Positions 50,980-64,000 of a DNA stretch of 64,000 bases are shown one piece after another. Origin of the DNA: Octopus vulgaris (lineage: Eukaryota); NCBI GenBank assembly GCA_951406725.2, contig OX597832.1:36952001-37016000 (forward strand), given 5' to 3'. The position numbers and the translations under genes were made by a program. The notes under the pieces are model-generated. The model saw only the letters and a list, made by a program, of their open reading frames with translations. It did not search any database and was not told where the DNA came from. Each line of letters opens with the position of its first letter. Position 1 is the first letter of the stretch.

Positions 50980-51240
50980 AGGCAGAATCGTTAGCATACT
51001 GGATAAAGTGTTTAGCAGCATTTCGTTCTGAGTTCAAATTCCACTGAGGTTAGCTTGAGGTAAAAATAAATAAATACCAGTCAAGAACTGGGGTTGATGT
51101 AATCAACTTACTCCCTCCTCCCCAAAAATTGCTGGCCTTATGCCAAAATTTGAAACCATTATTTAGCTTTGACTTCTTACTTTCTAAGTTCAAATCCTGC
51201 CAAGGTAGACTTTGCCTTTCAACCTTCTGAGGCTGAAGAA
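50980..51240 (+). mobile_element. SINE family A copies
   Basis: ggcagaatcgttagc...gagttcaaattcc...ggggttgatgtaatcaac...ggccttatgcc, plus a partial second copy. Confidence 0.8.
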
Positions 51241-52467
51241 ATTTATATATTGAGGTAAATACCACACCACTATAAATTTGTGCAATGTGATAAATGATTG
51301 TCACATTGACTGAGAAACCCAAATGCTGCTGCTCTCAGTAACAACTTCAGATTAATTTGACCATTTTCAGTTTCCTCTCACTGTGGCTGTGGGAAATCAA
51401 GGTTTTTATTCGAATTGCTTGTGTCATTTAATACTTTCAGATAAGGCATGAACCTCACACATTCCCAGTTCCCCTGTCCTACTAAAAGTATGTTTGTGGT
51501 CTATCTAGGAAATCCTCACAATTGTTGTGGTGGGGAAAAGCTGATCAGATGTTAAGAAGCAAAGTCAGCAATCCGAGTTCAAGTCATTGACAAAGCAGTA
51601 ACCCGAGATCTCTGAAAAGCAAGGAATATTGCTTCTCATAACTCGAGAACCTGAAACATTTCAAATGATTATGAGTTTCCACAAACAATTATGTAAGAAA
51701 TAAACCATTATTATTCTTATTAAGTGCAGTGAATAGCAGAATTGAGAATGTTAGACAAAATGCCTTGCAATATTTAGGGGTCAAATTTGCCTTTCATCTT
51801 TCTGGGGGTTGATAAAATAAGTACCATTGAAGTACTGGCAGTTGGTTTAATCTGTTATTAAACCCTTCACCTACAAACTTCTGGCCCAGCACCAAAGTTA
51901 GAAACTGTTCCCCTTCATCCAGTGGCAAATAAAAACAAATCATTATCCTGATTATTATTATTATTATTGATCTTTCCATGAGAATATTAACTTGCCTCAA
52001 GGTAATATTTACACTTTTGAAAAAACCCTTAATCTTCATTCTATTACTCTTTATCTATCAACCTATCCCTCAATACCTATTTATCTATCTATCAGTCTAT
52101 CCACCTATCTTTCTCTCTCACTCACTTTTCCATTATTTTGGCCATTAAACACCATCTATTTATTGATTCTTCATCTTTTTCTATCATTTTCCTCTTCTTT
52201 TACTCCCTATTTTGGCCACCTTTCATACTTTTTATATATTAATACTTATAAGCGCTCACACACACACATACACACTTAAATACATACAAAAGTTTATTAT
52301 ATTTAAAGATAAACAAGATTTATATATCCTGACTGAGATGTTCTGTACAATCAACCGCTCGGTCGGTCGATTGTGTTGAGAATTAAACATCCACAGATGA
52401 ATTGGTCAGCCGGATCAATTGGACAAAATATTTAAGTCCAAATATATAAACCCTGTTTACATTACAA

Positions 52468-52529
<62 letters not shown>

Positions 52530-52626
52530 CATTCTACACACTTCTAACACAAGGGTGTATTGTAAAGTGTTTTGTTTTTGTAACACAAAACAAACAAAAA
52601 CATGTGTATGTATATATATATATAAA

Positions 52627-52663
<37 letters not shown>

Positions 52664-54079
52664 AAATTATATATATAAAACAAAAAAGTTGCTTTTTCTT
52701 TTTTTTTTTCTTTTCCAGTCTATTTCATCCTTTTGTAAAAATATAAACAAAACAAAAAAATTGTTGCACAACGATAAATACTTCTGAAATATTGAAAGAG
52801 AAAAGAATGAACTTTATTTAAAAAAAAAAAACAATTATAGAAGGAAAAAAAAAAATGTCCTTCAGATTTTTAATTTTTTGTAAACTGTTTTTGGGTGCAT
52901 TGTTTGTTCTTGTCATCAAACTGAAGCTGTCTCACCTCTCTCTCTCTCTCTCTGTCTTTCACTTTCTCTCCTTCTCTCCTTCTCTCTCTCTCTGTTTCTA
53001 TCTTGTGTCTGTCTATAAATATGTGTTTGTGACTGAACGAGAGAGGGGTTTCCCTTGTCTACCCCCCTTCCTTCACCCCTACCGCCGCCACCTTAGGGAA
53101 AACAAGGACCAATGTTTTAAATGCTGATGTTAGTCACTAGGGTCGGCTAAAGATGGCCACCGTAAATGTTAAGGTGAAAATATGTTGAAGTCCATGGCAC
53201 CTGTTCAGAGTGTGAGCATACAGCCGTAGAGCTGTGCGTATGTGTGTTATACACACAGTGAGAGCATACAGCTATAAGGCTGTGTGTATGCGCATGTTCC
53301 CATTTTCTTCACCCATTCTGTTATACATTTTAGACTGGATTCACCAAAACTGTCAAAATAAATGAATGGAAGGATTAATAGGAATGATGGTTTATAAAAA
53401 AATGAGAATGGAATAAATTAATTTTGGTTTAACAGAATAGGAATGGCAGAGAATAGCCACTTGATGGCAGACCAGTTTGGCCATCGGTAGCTGGAATGGA
53501 AGAACAGTCTAGCCGTATGCATCTGATATGAAATAACAGTTTAAGTATGTAAAGATGGTATGGAACAATGGTTTAAATGTGTGCAGAGGTGGTATGGACT
53601 ATCAGTTTAATATAATAGTATACAGAGTTATTAGACGATTAATGATGTACATCTGGTTTTATAGAGTGGTATACCATGAAGGTTTATTTCTAGCAATCGA
53701 ATGAAAATTTAAAAGACTTTTTTGAAATGAAATACAGAGATATTTATTCTCCTTCCCGACTCTGCTCAATTCTCATCTTGCTAGAATTTATTTTATCTTT
53801 GCCTAATCTGCAGATTTATATAATCCTCTCCCCAATTATATGGAATCCTACATACACCCATGTGTGTGTGTGTATGCGCGCATGTGTGTGTGTGTGCGTA
53901 TATGTTTATACACACACATATATATTTGCACAAATGTATACAGACATGACGTGTGTGTGTGTGTGTATACATATATATACACACACACACACACACGTTT
54001 CTATACACATGTCATGCCTGCACATATGTGCAAATATATATATATACACACACACACACACATATGTCTGTGTGTGTGT

Positions 54080-54122
<43 letters not shown>

Positions 54123-55458
54123 CATATACTTCAACCGCATCCATAACTATATTCAAGAAGAAGAAGGAAAAAAATGAGAAAGAAATAAAATCCCTGGTTT
54201 GCTTTCTTCTACAACTTCTTACCTGGTGCAACAGAACTTCACACCTGGTGATAGAGAAAGAGAGTGAGAGAGAGAGAGAGAAAGAGAGACGTGTTGCAAT
54301 CTCTCTTCTCTCGTCTTCTCCTCTTACATCTGCCGTAGTAAATTGCTTCGTAGGTCAATTTTACTCTTCTTAATCATCTTTTTTTGGTCTTTGTTTTTAT
54401 CTTTTTATCAGTGAAAGTGAAATTATATAAAATAAAAATTTAAAAAAATAAAAATTTACTAAAAAATATTAAAAATAATTATATTGATAATAATAATAAT
54501 ATTATACTAATTATAATTAATAATAATAATAATACTTAATAATAATAATAATAATAATATGCCTTACTAGTGGAGATGAAAGGAGTGGATGCTTTAATTA
54601 TTTTATTAACTATTTTATTTATTTATTTAATTATTTCTTCTTTACTTTAGTACATTTAGAAAATGGTCAGTTACCGAATGGAAGCCTTTAAAAAAACTGT
54701 ATTTATTAATTTGGTGAAGCGCTGAAGTTCGAAATCCCTGATCTCTTCTGTAAATGGGTCTTTGAAAAACATTTAGTAGAATGTTAGATGTTAGCTACTG
54801 ATCTTATTCATGCATGCTTGTACGTATGCACTCATTTTCTCACACACACATACATACATATATATATACATACATACACACACACACTTACACAGACATG
54901 CGTGCATATCTATGTATGTATATGTATGTGCAGGTATATGTATGTATAATGTGTGTAGGTATATATGTTTATGTAATGCTTATGCACATCCACAAAACTA
55001 CAATCTTGGAAGCAAGAATAATTATTATTAAGAACTCTACAAAAATGACGTATTTTCCTAATCTTCATGGAACATTTCCAACTGTCCAAGCTTTATATAA
55101 ACAATGGGTTTCATTTCTAATCAATTCTGCAACAAATATTGTAATGATAAGCGAAGCGTAACAAACTTTTCAAATTGTTGTTATTCCCATGGTTGAGTCA
55201 TCTTCAGGCTAATATGACGCCTTTGTATACAGAAAAACCAACATGATTTAAAAAGGAAGAAAAACAAATAAAAACAATGATAAGAAGAAAAAGAATCATC
55301 TTTTTTTTAATAAGGTATTTGCTGTATTTTGTTTTATCTGTTGCATGTTTGGAAGAATTTTGCAGATTATTGTGTTGGCGATGAGCCACGTTTTAGATTT
55401 TGCAAAATATTTAAGAAATTGTTCTAATGTATTGAAATATCTTTCTTCTCTACCTGTG

Positions 55459-55498
<40 letters not shown>

Positions 55499-57244
55499 TG
55501 CACATAAAGGTGTGCAAGTGTTCGTGTATTGCTGGATGCGTTTGGATGTTTTTGTTGTGATTCTTGTTGTGCTGAATCCTTTGTAAACTTCTTCCGTGTA
55601 ACAAATTCTTTGGATTAAGAATATCTTTAATGTTCTGTCCAAGTTGGCTAAACCTAAATCTACAGATTTGATTTGGAGTGGGTATTATGGAAGATATTTT
55701 CTTCTTATTGAAGTTATATGGAAGGCGCTAACCATAAACGTGGAAATTTAAGAAGCAGAAACTGTGATGTTGCTAAGTATTTGAGTGTGATTCTGTAACA
55801 AAGAAATGCAGCTTTGTGTAAGAAGAGTCTGTGGAGATGAAGCAAGGCTAATTACAGGAAGTGTTGCCATGGCAATGACAAAAGAGTCTTTCCTCTATTT
55901 GTAGGAAACATGATATTTATAAGAGATCCCAAAACCAAATCCATATACCATAAAAACTAATGAGTAAGCGTCTATCAAGCCACTCAATCTGCTAGAAATA
56001 GCAGCCAAATCTCCTTCAAATCATACCTTCTTGTCTTAAAATTGGAAAGTTACATTGAAAGATGTTCTTGATATACATAAGACAGAATGTTCATTGCTGG
56101 AAGATTTCTAATCACAGGATCAAGCTTGACTGGGGTTATTCAACTTGTTAACAAGGATCTAATCACACACAGTACTATATTTTATGAAATTACTGGTCTT
56201 CCATAAATAGGAACCTGCAGTGAAAGTTGACCGGCTAATGTTGAGTCTACCTCAACATTACGCATTGGAAACAGAAGCAATAACAACAACAACCAACAAA
56301 TAAAATTCTTTTTCTAAATTACTCTAAATTCCTGATTATTTTGAAAACTAATATTCATAACCATTCCACTTTTGGTACAAATTTGTTGACAAACAGCTGC
56401 AGTTTATTGATGATTTATAAGACAGATCCTTGCTATATTTATAACATTTAGCTTGGAGGCATTATTTTAATTCATAAATAAGTGAAGACTTCATCAAATC
56501 ACCAGAAAAAAATATTCCCTTTTTCATTTGAAATTCTATCAACTGGTTTTTAGGTGACACAGATCATTATTAGTTCCTTCCGTCTAGTTTTTGTTCTTGA
56601 GATAATATTAAGTTAACGAAATCCTGAATGAATAGTAAGGAGGATATGAATATCTCGTAACTGATTCGATGAGTAGTTTGCCCTCAGGTCAGCTTTGTCT
56701 TTTTAAAACTAGGATCATCTCATCCTTGTCTCACACATTGCATATATATCAGCAAAGATGTCCCTTTCTTTTCAAGACATTAGGGTGTAAATTGAGGAAG
56801 ATTTGGTTGAGTTGCTAGCACACCAAGTGATCATACATAGAGTCTCTTGTTGGTTCAATGAGTTCCTTGATTTACTGAGAAGTATATTCATAGTCATACG
56901 CCTTGACTGGCTTCCGTGCTGGTGGCATGTAAAAAGCACCAACCGATCGTGGCTGTTGCCTGTGCCGGTGGCACATAAAAAGCACCCACTACACTCACGG
57001 AGTGGTTGGCAAGAGCTTGGTGCAGCCTCCTGGCTTCCCAGACCCTGGTCGAACCGTCCAACCTATGCAGATAAGATTTCACAAAGAACCAATTTCATAT
57101 GTGTGTGTATATATATAAAGCAATTAAATGTGGTATACATCTATAAAGTAATTACTGATATATGTCTATAAGATGACTACAGATATATGTTCATAAAGTA
57201 AATATAGATATGATAAACAATGAATATATCTTAGAATTTCATTA

Positions 57245-57700
57245 AAGATGTTGAGCATGTGAGGAATGATATGCAGTGTGCGAGAGAGGAGACTGCATTG
57301 TTTTGGTCATGGATGAAGATGGTTGCATGAAGAAGTAATAATCACTTAGAGTGGAGAGAAGTTGTGGAAGACCCAGGAAGATATGAGATGAAGTATTGGA
57401 GGCTGCTCTCAAAACGGTGAGCTTTACAAAGGAGATGACAGAGGACGGAGACATGTGATGCATTGCTGTACTCGAGAAGGCCTGCCCACCACACCAGAAT
57501 TGGAATTGGTGTAGGTGAAACACTGATGCTGGTGCCACCTAAGAAGCACCCTGTACACTCTGTAAAGTGGTTGGTGTTAGGAAGGACATCCAGCTGCAAA
57601 AAGGAAGCCAAAACAGACCAAGGAACCTGGTACAACCCCTGGACCGCTAGTTCCTGTCAAGCTATCTAACCCATACTAGAATGGAAAAGAGACTGTAAAT
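57245..57700 (+). mobile_element. LINE (RTE-like) 3' end: ORF2 C-terminus plus 3' UTR
   Basis: Degenerate RERRLH.FGH...GRPRK.W-type coding remnant, then the aagcacc..gtacactctgtaaagtggttgg..aggaagg.catccagc tail. The tail recurs near 24700-24850 (-), 37690-37855, 56890-57070 and 60740-60950. Confidence 0.7.
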
Positions 57701-58018
57701 GTTCTCCATTTAAGGAACACCAAAAACAGCCACAAGTACATGCAAAATACACACTCACATAAGCAGTAATGAAGTACATACACCTAGGTACTAAAGTGAT
57801 ATACACTCTCACAACATATCCATATTATCCACAAACACACACACACATGCATTATCTCACATATAGGAATACATCAACCAATGGTCTTCTCATAAACAAA
57901 AGAGTTTTGTCACTGTGTTGTTAGTGACCAGCCTGAATTTGGCAAAGATAAACTTAAATAAATTTCACCAAAATTTGCATCCATACATTACATACACATA
58001 CATACGCATACATAAATA

Positions 58019-59270
58019 TCAGATTAAGTAAAAAGTAAGCAACATTTTGAACCATGCAGAATTTGTACCAGATTTTTGCAGAGTTTTGAATTTTTTTAAA
58101 CATTTTTTTTGCAATTGTCTGATAATAGACATAGACTTGCCCAACAGCATCAATAAATTAAAATTCATATTTTTTACACCATTGTTATAATAATCTGAGC
58201 AATTTTGCTAATCAACTTCAAAAAAAGGACGTAAAGCAGCTGAAACTGCTTGCGATGTCAACGAAATGTTTGGTGAGGAAATGGCCAGTGAGTGTTCCAC
58301 TCAAAAATGGTTTAAAGGATTTTGCAGTGGAGACCCGAGCCTTGAAGACTGTGAGCAGAGTGGATGTTCATCTGTCATCAATGATGGTCAATTAAAGACC
58401 GTCATTGAGAAAGATCCACATAAAACCACTCAAGAACTGGCAAAAATCTTCAGGTTAGCTAGAAAACTGCCTGCAACCATTTGCGTGCAATTGAAAAATC
58501 AAAAAATCTCAACAAAGGGGTACCACACGATTTGAATGAAAATCAGAAAATGCACAGACATGAAATCTGCTTGTCACTTCTTCTCTGTAACCAGGCTCAT
58601 CCATTTCTCGACTGTATTGTAACTTGCAATGAAAAGTGGATTCTGTGCAATAATAAAAATGTTCTTCGCAGTGATTGGACCAAAATGAAGCACTGGAAAC
58701 TTTCCCTAAACCCGAACTCTTCAAAAAGAAGGTTATGGTGACTGTTTGGTGGTGTACTGCTGGACTCATCCACTATAACTCCTTAAAACCTGGAAAAACT
58801 ATTACTGCAGAAACCTATTGCCATAAAATTACCAAAATGAACAAAAAACTGCTCTTCCTCCATCCCAGACTGGTCAACAGAAGAGGACCAATCATTCTTC
58901 ATGACAATGCTCAACCACATGTTTCACTAATGACATTCCAGAAGTTGAGGGAACTTGGCTACAAAGTCCTTCCCCACCCAGATTATTCCCCAGACCTTTC
59001 ACCTACTGACTATCACATATTCAAGCACCTTGATGGTTTCCTGCAAGAGAAGGAGTTCAAAAATCAAACCAATGCTGAAAGTGCGTTCAAAGAGTTCATC
59101 AGTTTCAGAACTCCAGATTTTTATGTTACCAGAACAAACAAACTTGTAACTCATTGGCAAAAATGTGATGATTGTAATGATACTTAGATAAATAGAATTT
59201 CCGCATTGTCGAAATATATTATGATGAATTTCATGTTTCAAAACACTGCTTACTTTTCACTCAGACTGGA
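58019..59270 (+). mobile_element. Full-length decayed mariner (Hsmar1/SETMAR-like) DNA transposon
   Basis: Flanking TA (58017-18, 59271-72) and imperfect TIRs (aaaagtaagca..ttttgaa). Frameshifted transposase pieces GRKAAETA, QKWFKGF, GVPHDL, VTCNEKW, LHDNAQPH, YSPDLSPTDY. Confidence 0.95.
58190..59187 (+). pseudogene. Mariner DD34D transposase pseudogene
   Basis: Split over ORFs 58266-58535, 58481-58741 and 58675-59187. First catalytic Asp reads N (TCNEKW) and the start codon is degraded. Confidence 0.9.
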
Positions 59271-62200
59271 TATAATTATGTAATTTGTGAGACATTCCAA
59301 AGATTCTCCATCTGAGATTCTTTAAATGTATAAAAGCACACACACACACACTCATACACTAACAGCTTAGCACCAAAGAGACACATTCCCATAGAACACA
59401 AGTGCTGGTATATACATCTACAAATATACACACACTCACTCAACCACACATTTACAAACCCCCCAGGAACTGTTTTATCTCAAAAAGTCTGGTTACTTTG
59501 CTAGTGACCAGCTTGAACTCCATTAAGAACTTAAATAAATCTCAAACAAAAGCATGCATACATATGACCAAATGCCTAAAGCAGCACTCGAGGCTGCTGG
59601 TTGCCTGCGGAAGCACTCGAGACCAACAAAGAGATGTACATATGTCTATACAAGTGAATTGCTAAAAACGTCTGTATTCAACAGGCAGCCATAAGAATCA
59701 TTCTTATAGCTGAGTTTAAAGGAAACAATGGCTTATCGAAGCAGAAAAGAATTTAAGACTCCAAGCAATTAGATTTTGGTTAGAGTATAGAAATGGAAAC
59801 CAAAGTGAATTAAAAAAAAAAAAAAAACTTTTTAAAAATATCTTTAAATTTCTTTTCTTAATAAAGACCCCTAATTGAAAGCTTAAGTTGGATTTTCAGA
59901 CTGCACAAATGCAAGCACATGTATTGTTACTCCACCACCATCACTACCTGAAAATTTCTTTGGATTTGTTTGTTTTAAACGTTGGAGATTACAATTTTGC
60001 AAAAAAAAAAAAAAAAAATCACAAATTCAATTTTTTAACACTCACCCCTCACACACACATACACATACTTTCTCCATTTTAGAGTACACAACCAAGAGTA
60101 ACATCTTTGATTTTGACCTTGTTTTGTATTGGTTTTTCTAAATTCTGTTTAGAATATAAGAAAATATAATTCTACGGAAAAAAAATTTTCAAAATCAATA
60201 TTTTGTTACAAGGAGAATAATTATTTTGAAACAGAGAAACTTTAATTATATCAACAAATTTAGGAAATATTTCTAGTGAGAAGCAACTAAAATAATTACT
60301 TTAAATAAACCCAAAGAGATCTGATTTAAAATAAGAACGTAGTTAATCGGTTTTTACATTTTCCAGAGAACATTGTTTGTGCACACCCCACAAACCATAA
60401 TCTTCTAATATTTTGTGAGTGAACATTTCTATTGAACAGGAAGAGAAAATCTAATTAGGTACTTCACCGTTAGATCCTTTATGCAAACATTATAAAAAGC
60501 AAAACTCAGAATCCATTTCATTTTCAGAATATATTGTTAAAAACAGATAATCAACAACTTCAAGACATGCCATTACGACAAAAAAATGGAAAGAACCCTG
60601 ATAAGACAAGAACACACAATTTGTGAAGCAAACATCACTGTACCACCAAAGCTTGACACAGTGGGAGAGAAGATTATTAATCCTATGAGTAAAACATCAC
60701 ATCAGAGTTTCTTTACAATTCAGTAATCAACATTATCCATGCCACATAACTGGTACCTGTGCTGGTAGCACATAAAAGGCACCCATTACACTCTTGGAGT
60801 GGTTGGCATTAGGAAGGACATCCAGCTGTAGAAACCATGCAAAATCAGATGGGAACTTGATGCAGCTCTCCAGCTTACCAGTTTCAGTCAAACCATTTAA
60901 CCCATGCCAGCATAGAAAAGCAGATGTTAAGTGATGATGATGATTTTCCATGCTTGCTGTGTACCCTTCCTGTCACCACTCTTCACCTGTTTCCAAAATA
61001 GGTCATATTTCTTCATGCAAGGTGACCACTAAACACTATCCACAATTCCATCGGCTAAGATCGTTGTGATGACCAACCAGCAAGCCAACATGGCTGTCTC
61101 TTTGGTGATTTGGCTTACAAAGCTGGAGAGCTCTACCTACCCTGGAGTTGCCAGAACTGAGTCAAAGAGGGCACCTGAGGGACGCCACTCCTTGACTCCC
61201 CTCACTCTTTTCCTTTCCTAAGGTACTCACAAGGCAGTGAGGCTTTATGCAGGGAGTCTCTTCCATAACTGGGACACTGACAGATGCTATTTCTCTCGGT
61301 CAGAGTTGACCTGAGAACAATAATCACAAAGATCCACACTTGTCAAAACCCTGAGCCACCCCCTTCCCCCACTCCTGACTGAATGTTGTTTAAAATTATA
61401 TCTGGGTATGACTTACAGTGTTTACATACTGTATAGCAAGCCACAATATACATCGATTACAATCGAGTCCCTTAACTCATGCAGCCTCTTGGCAACTGCT
61501 TGGTCTACCCATACCTTATAACAGCACAGTACACACGTTTCTATATTGCAATTGTGTTTAGTGGTTGCTTCGATAAAACCATGTTTAAAATGTTGCTATT
61601 ACAACATAAAACCCAGAAAGAAAAATATTTCTAAATTATAAAAACAGAAGAAAAAAAATGTTGACAGTTTACCATTTAAGAACTTGTATTATTTTCTAGA
61701 CAACATGCCAAACAGGATCCAAAGTAGATGGTAATAGAAAATTTATTAAGCTTTGCAAAGAAGGGGTCTCAAGTTTCCCAGATTTAATTCATATCATTGT
61801 AATGTCTGTAATGTTCTGTGAAAAGCCAACTAAAATGCAAAATAGGTAATTAATCTAGTATTAAAAAGTGTAAATTTGATCAGATCAAGCCTTTCAAATG
61901 CTGCCTAGTAAGACATTTTTCTAGAAAAAGCCAGCTCTAATGGAATTTCTCTACAACATACTGCAGGTTGTAATTAAATATAGGAAAGGTGTTAGAAAGA
62001 TTCTTTACCTGTAATCAAATCTTTATTGACTGAAAGAGGTGATAGCAAGTGGGGAAATTAATGATATAAACTAGTTATTAGATGTAATTTTGTAACAGAT
62101 GTGGTAATAATGTTAAACTAAACATCTGTTCACAAGATGAAAATATAAATGTTAATGTGGATGATAAGTTTTGCAAATACTTTCAAAACAAAACTGCACT

Positions 62201-62321
62201 GTTTTTTTCTGATTTACAAAACAACCAAACAAAGGAAGTTACCATACATATAACAAATGAACAGTTGTTGTTGTTGTTATTATTATTATCATTATTATTA
62301 TTATTAGTAGTAGTAGTAGTA

Positions 62322-62740
62322 AGGTAGCAAGCTGGCAGAATCATTAGCACACCAGGCAAAATGCTTAGTGGCGTTTCATCTAATTTTATGTTCTGAGTTC
62401 AAATTCCACCATGGTTGACTTTAGCTTTTATCCACTTGGGGCTGATGAAATAATTACCAGTAAAGCACTGGGATCAATGTAATCAACTTATCCTCTCCCC
62501 TAAAATTGCTGGCCTTGTGCCAAAATTTGAAATCATTAACAGAATTGTCAGCACACCAGGCAAAACACTTAGCAGCATTTCATTCGTCTCTACATTCTGC
62601 GTTCAAATTCCGCTGAGGTCGACTTTGCCTTTCAGCCTTTCAGAGCCGATGAAATAAGTACCAGTTGCGCACTGGATTGATGTAATCAACTTACTCCCTC
62701 CCCACAAAATTTCAGGCCTTGTGCCTTTAGTAGAAAGAAT
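62322..62740 (+). mobile_element. Two tandem SINE family A copies between (ATT)n runs
   Basis: Two complete head-to-tail units. Confidence 0.9.
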
Positions 62741-62742
62741 TA

Positions 62743-62774
<32 letters not shown>

Positions 62775-63240
62775 GGTATCTCAAGTCGTCATTATGTAAT
62801 TTTTGCTCTGTAAATTTTGTTGATTTTCACTTGTTTGCATAACATTCGTTAAAATTTTTTGTTACAAACTGTAAACAGAGTGCCATATACTGCCCACTGA
62901 AAAGGTGACCCCATAACAAAGTGGGTGCACTGGACAGCACTGCCCCCTCACTATTAAATGGTGCACCCTTAGTTTTAGAAAATACAGTTTACAAAAATCT
63001 TCCTGCAAGACATTTCTTGAAGTCTGACTAACTTTTCTTCTCAAACCAGAGCAAAAAATAATTTCAAAACAATGAACCAAAAAGATTGGTCAAAAATTCT
63101 CCAGGGAAATTATAAAATGGAGGAAGAAGTGATGCTGAATGAAAGAAAAAAATTATTTGGAAATTATAAACAGAAACAAATGGCAGATTCAGACTGTATT
63201 CTAAAATTAAAATTTAAAAAATTTTTTTAAAAAGCCAAAA

Positions 63241-63600
63241 TTTTTAGGATTTAGGGGTGTCGGTGGGAGTGCGCGTGTGAATTAATTAAAAAATATTTTT
63301 TGCATAATTATATGAGATACAGCATGGAGAACACAAATTGGCAAAAATTTTCTGAAAATACTAAAACATGACAAAATTGGTGTGCTTCAATCAGAAGTCT
63401 ACGAATTGATGAAATTGTTACATAATTTTTCAGTGATACTTTTTTCTAAACTTCACTTGAACATTATTACAAATTAGTGCCCATCCAGAATGTTCTGAAA
63501 TACTCCCAAGTACCAAAGTCTGGCGATGTTCCTGTTTGGGCCATAGGCCCAAATACTGCAATTCTATTTTCAAAGTTCACCCCGCAAAAAATCCTAAAAA
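63241..63600. mobile_element. Probable non-autonomous DNA transposon with TIRs
   Basis: tttttaggattt..ggggtg at 63241 is inverted relative to cacccc..aaatcctaaaaa ending 63600. Confidence 0.4.
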
Positions 63601-64000
63601 AAGAAAAGAAGAAAGGAGGCAAACAGCACCCCCACCCCACTCCCCTTTCAGAGAAAGGGAAGAATGAAAGCAAAAATCCACATGAAGAAAATAATGCAAA
63701 TTTCTGTGAATAACAACCAGAAATCAAAAGTGAATAACATCACCACCATCATAACCACTACCAATGTCACCAGGGTTACCACTACCATGACTACAGACAG
63801 CAAAATGATCCTCACCAGCAACAGCTACAACAGCAAATCAGCAAAGGAAACACAAGAGACAAATTTCCTGCTGCTAAAAGTTTCATATTTCTTTATTGCC
63901 CGCACAATAAGGAAACACAGAGGGGACAAACAAGGACAAACAAAGGGATTAAATCAATTACATCGACGACCCCAGTGCATAACTGGTACTTAATTTATCG

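Noticed and set aside
53727-54373. Long ORFs rich in C/V/Y/I/H/T (also 8142-9212 and 41284-41733)
   Set aside because: Translations of (CA)/(TA)/(GT) microsatellites.

Overview
AT-rich, microsatellite- and SINE-dense animal genomic DNA. The repeat families suggest an octopus or other coleoid cephalopod (inference). The + strand carries the 3' half of a discs-large MAGUK gene (dlg1 / PSD-95 family): SH3 exon (12089-12265), HOOK exons (14256-14319; I3-type 14563-14671) and six guanylate-kinase-like exons (35741-41280, stop TGA), followed by a ~2.2 kb 3' UTR. The PDZ exons lie upstream of the window. Highlights: (1) a series of frame-preserving phase-1 microexons in the 21 kb HOOK interval (3, 21, 21, 36 and 30 nt), invisible to the ORF track; (2) an 11-copy 30-nt minisatellite that duplicates the 5' splice site of the penultimate exon, with an in-frame stop just after the first donor; (3) a 21-nt ATG-containing exon candidate that could start a PDZ-less SH3-GK isoform; (4) long intronic fold-backs that are candidate ADAR substrates. 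The rest is SINEs, MITEs, LINE/LTR fragments and one full-length decayed mariner (58019-59270). All exons were read by eye, with no transcript evidence.
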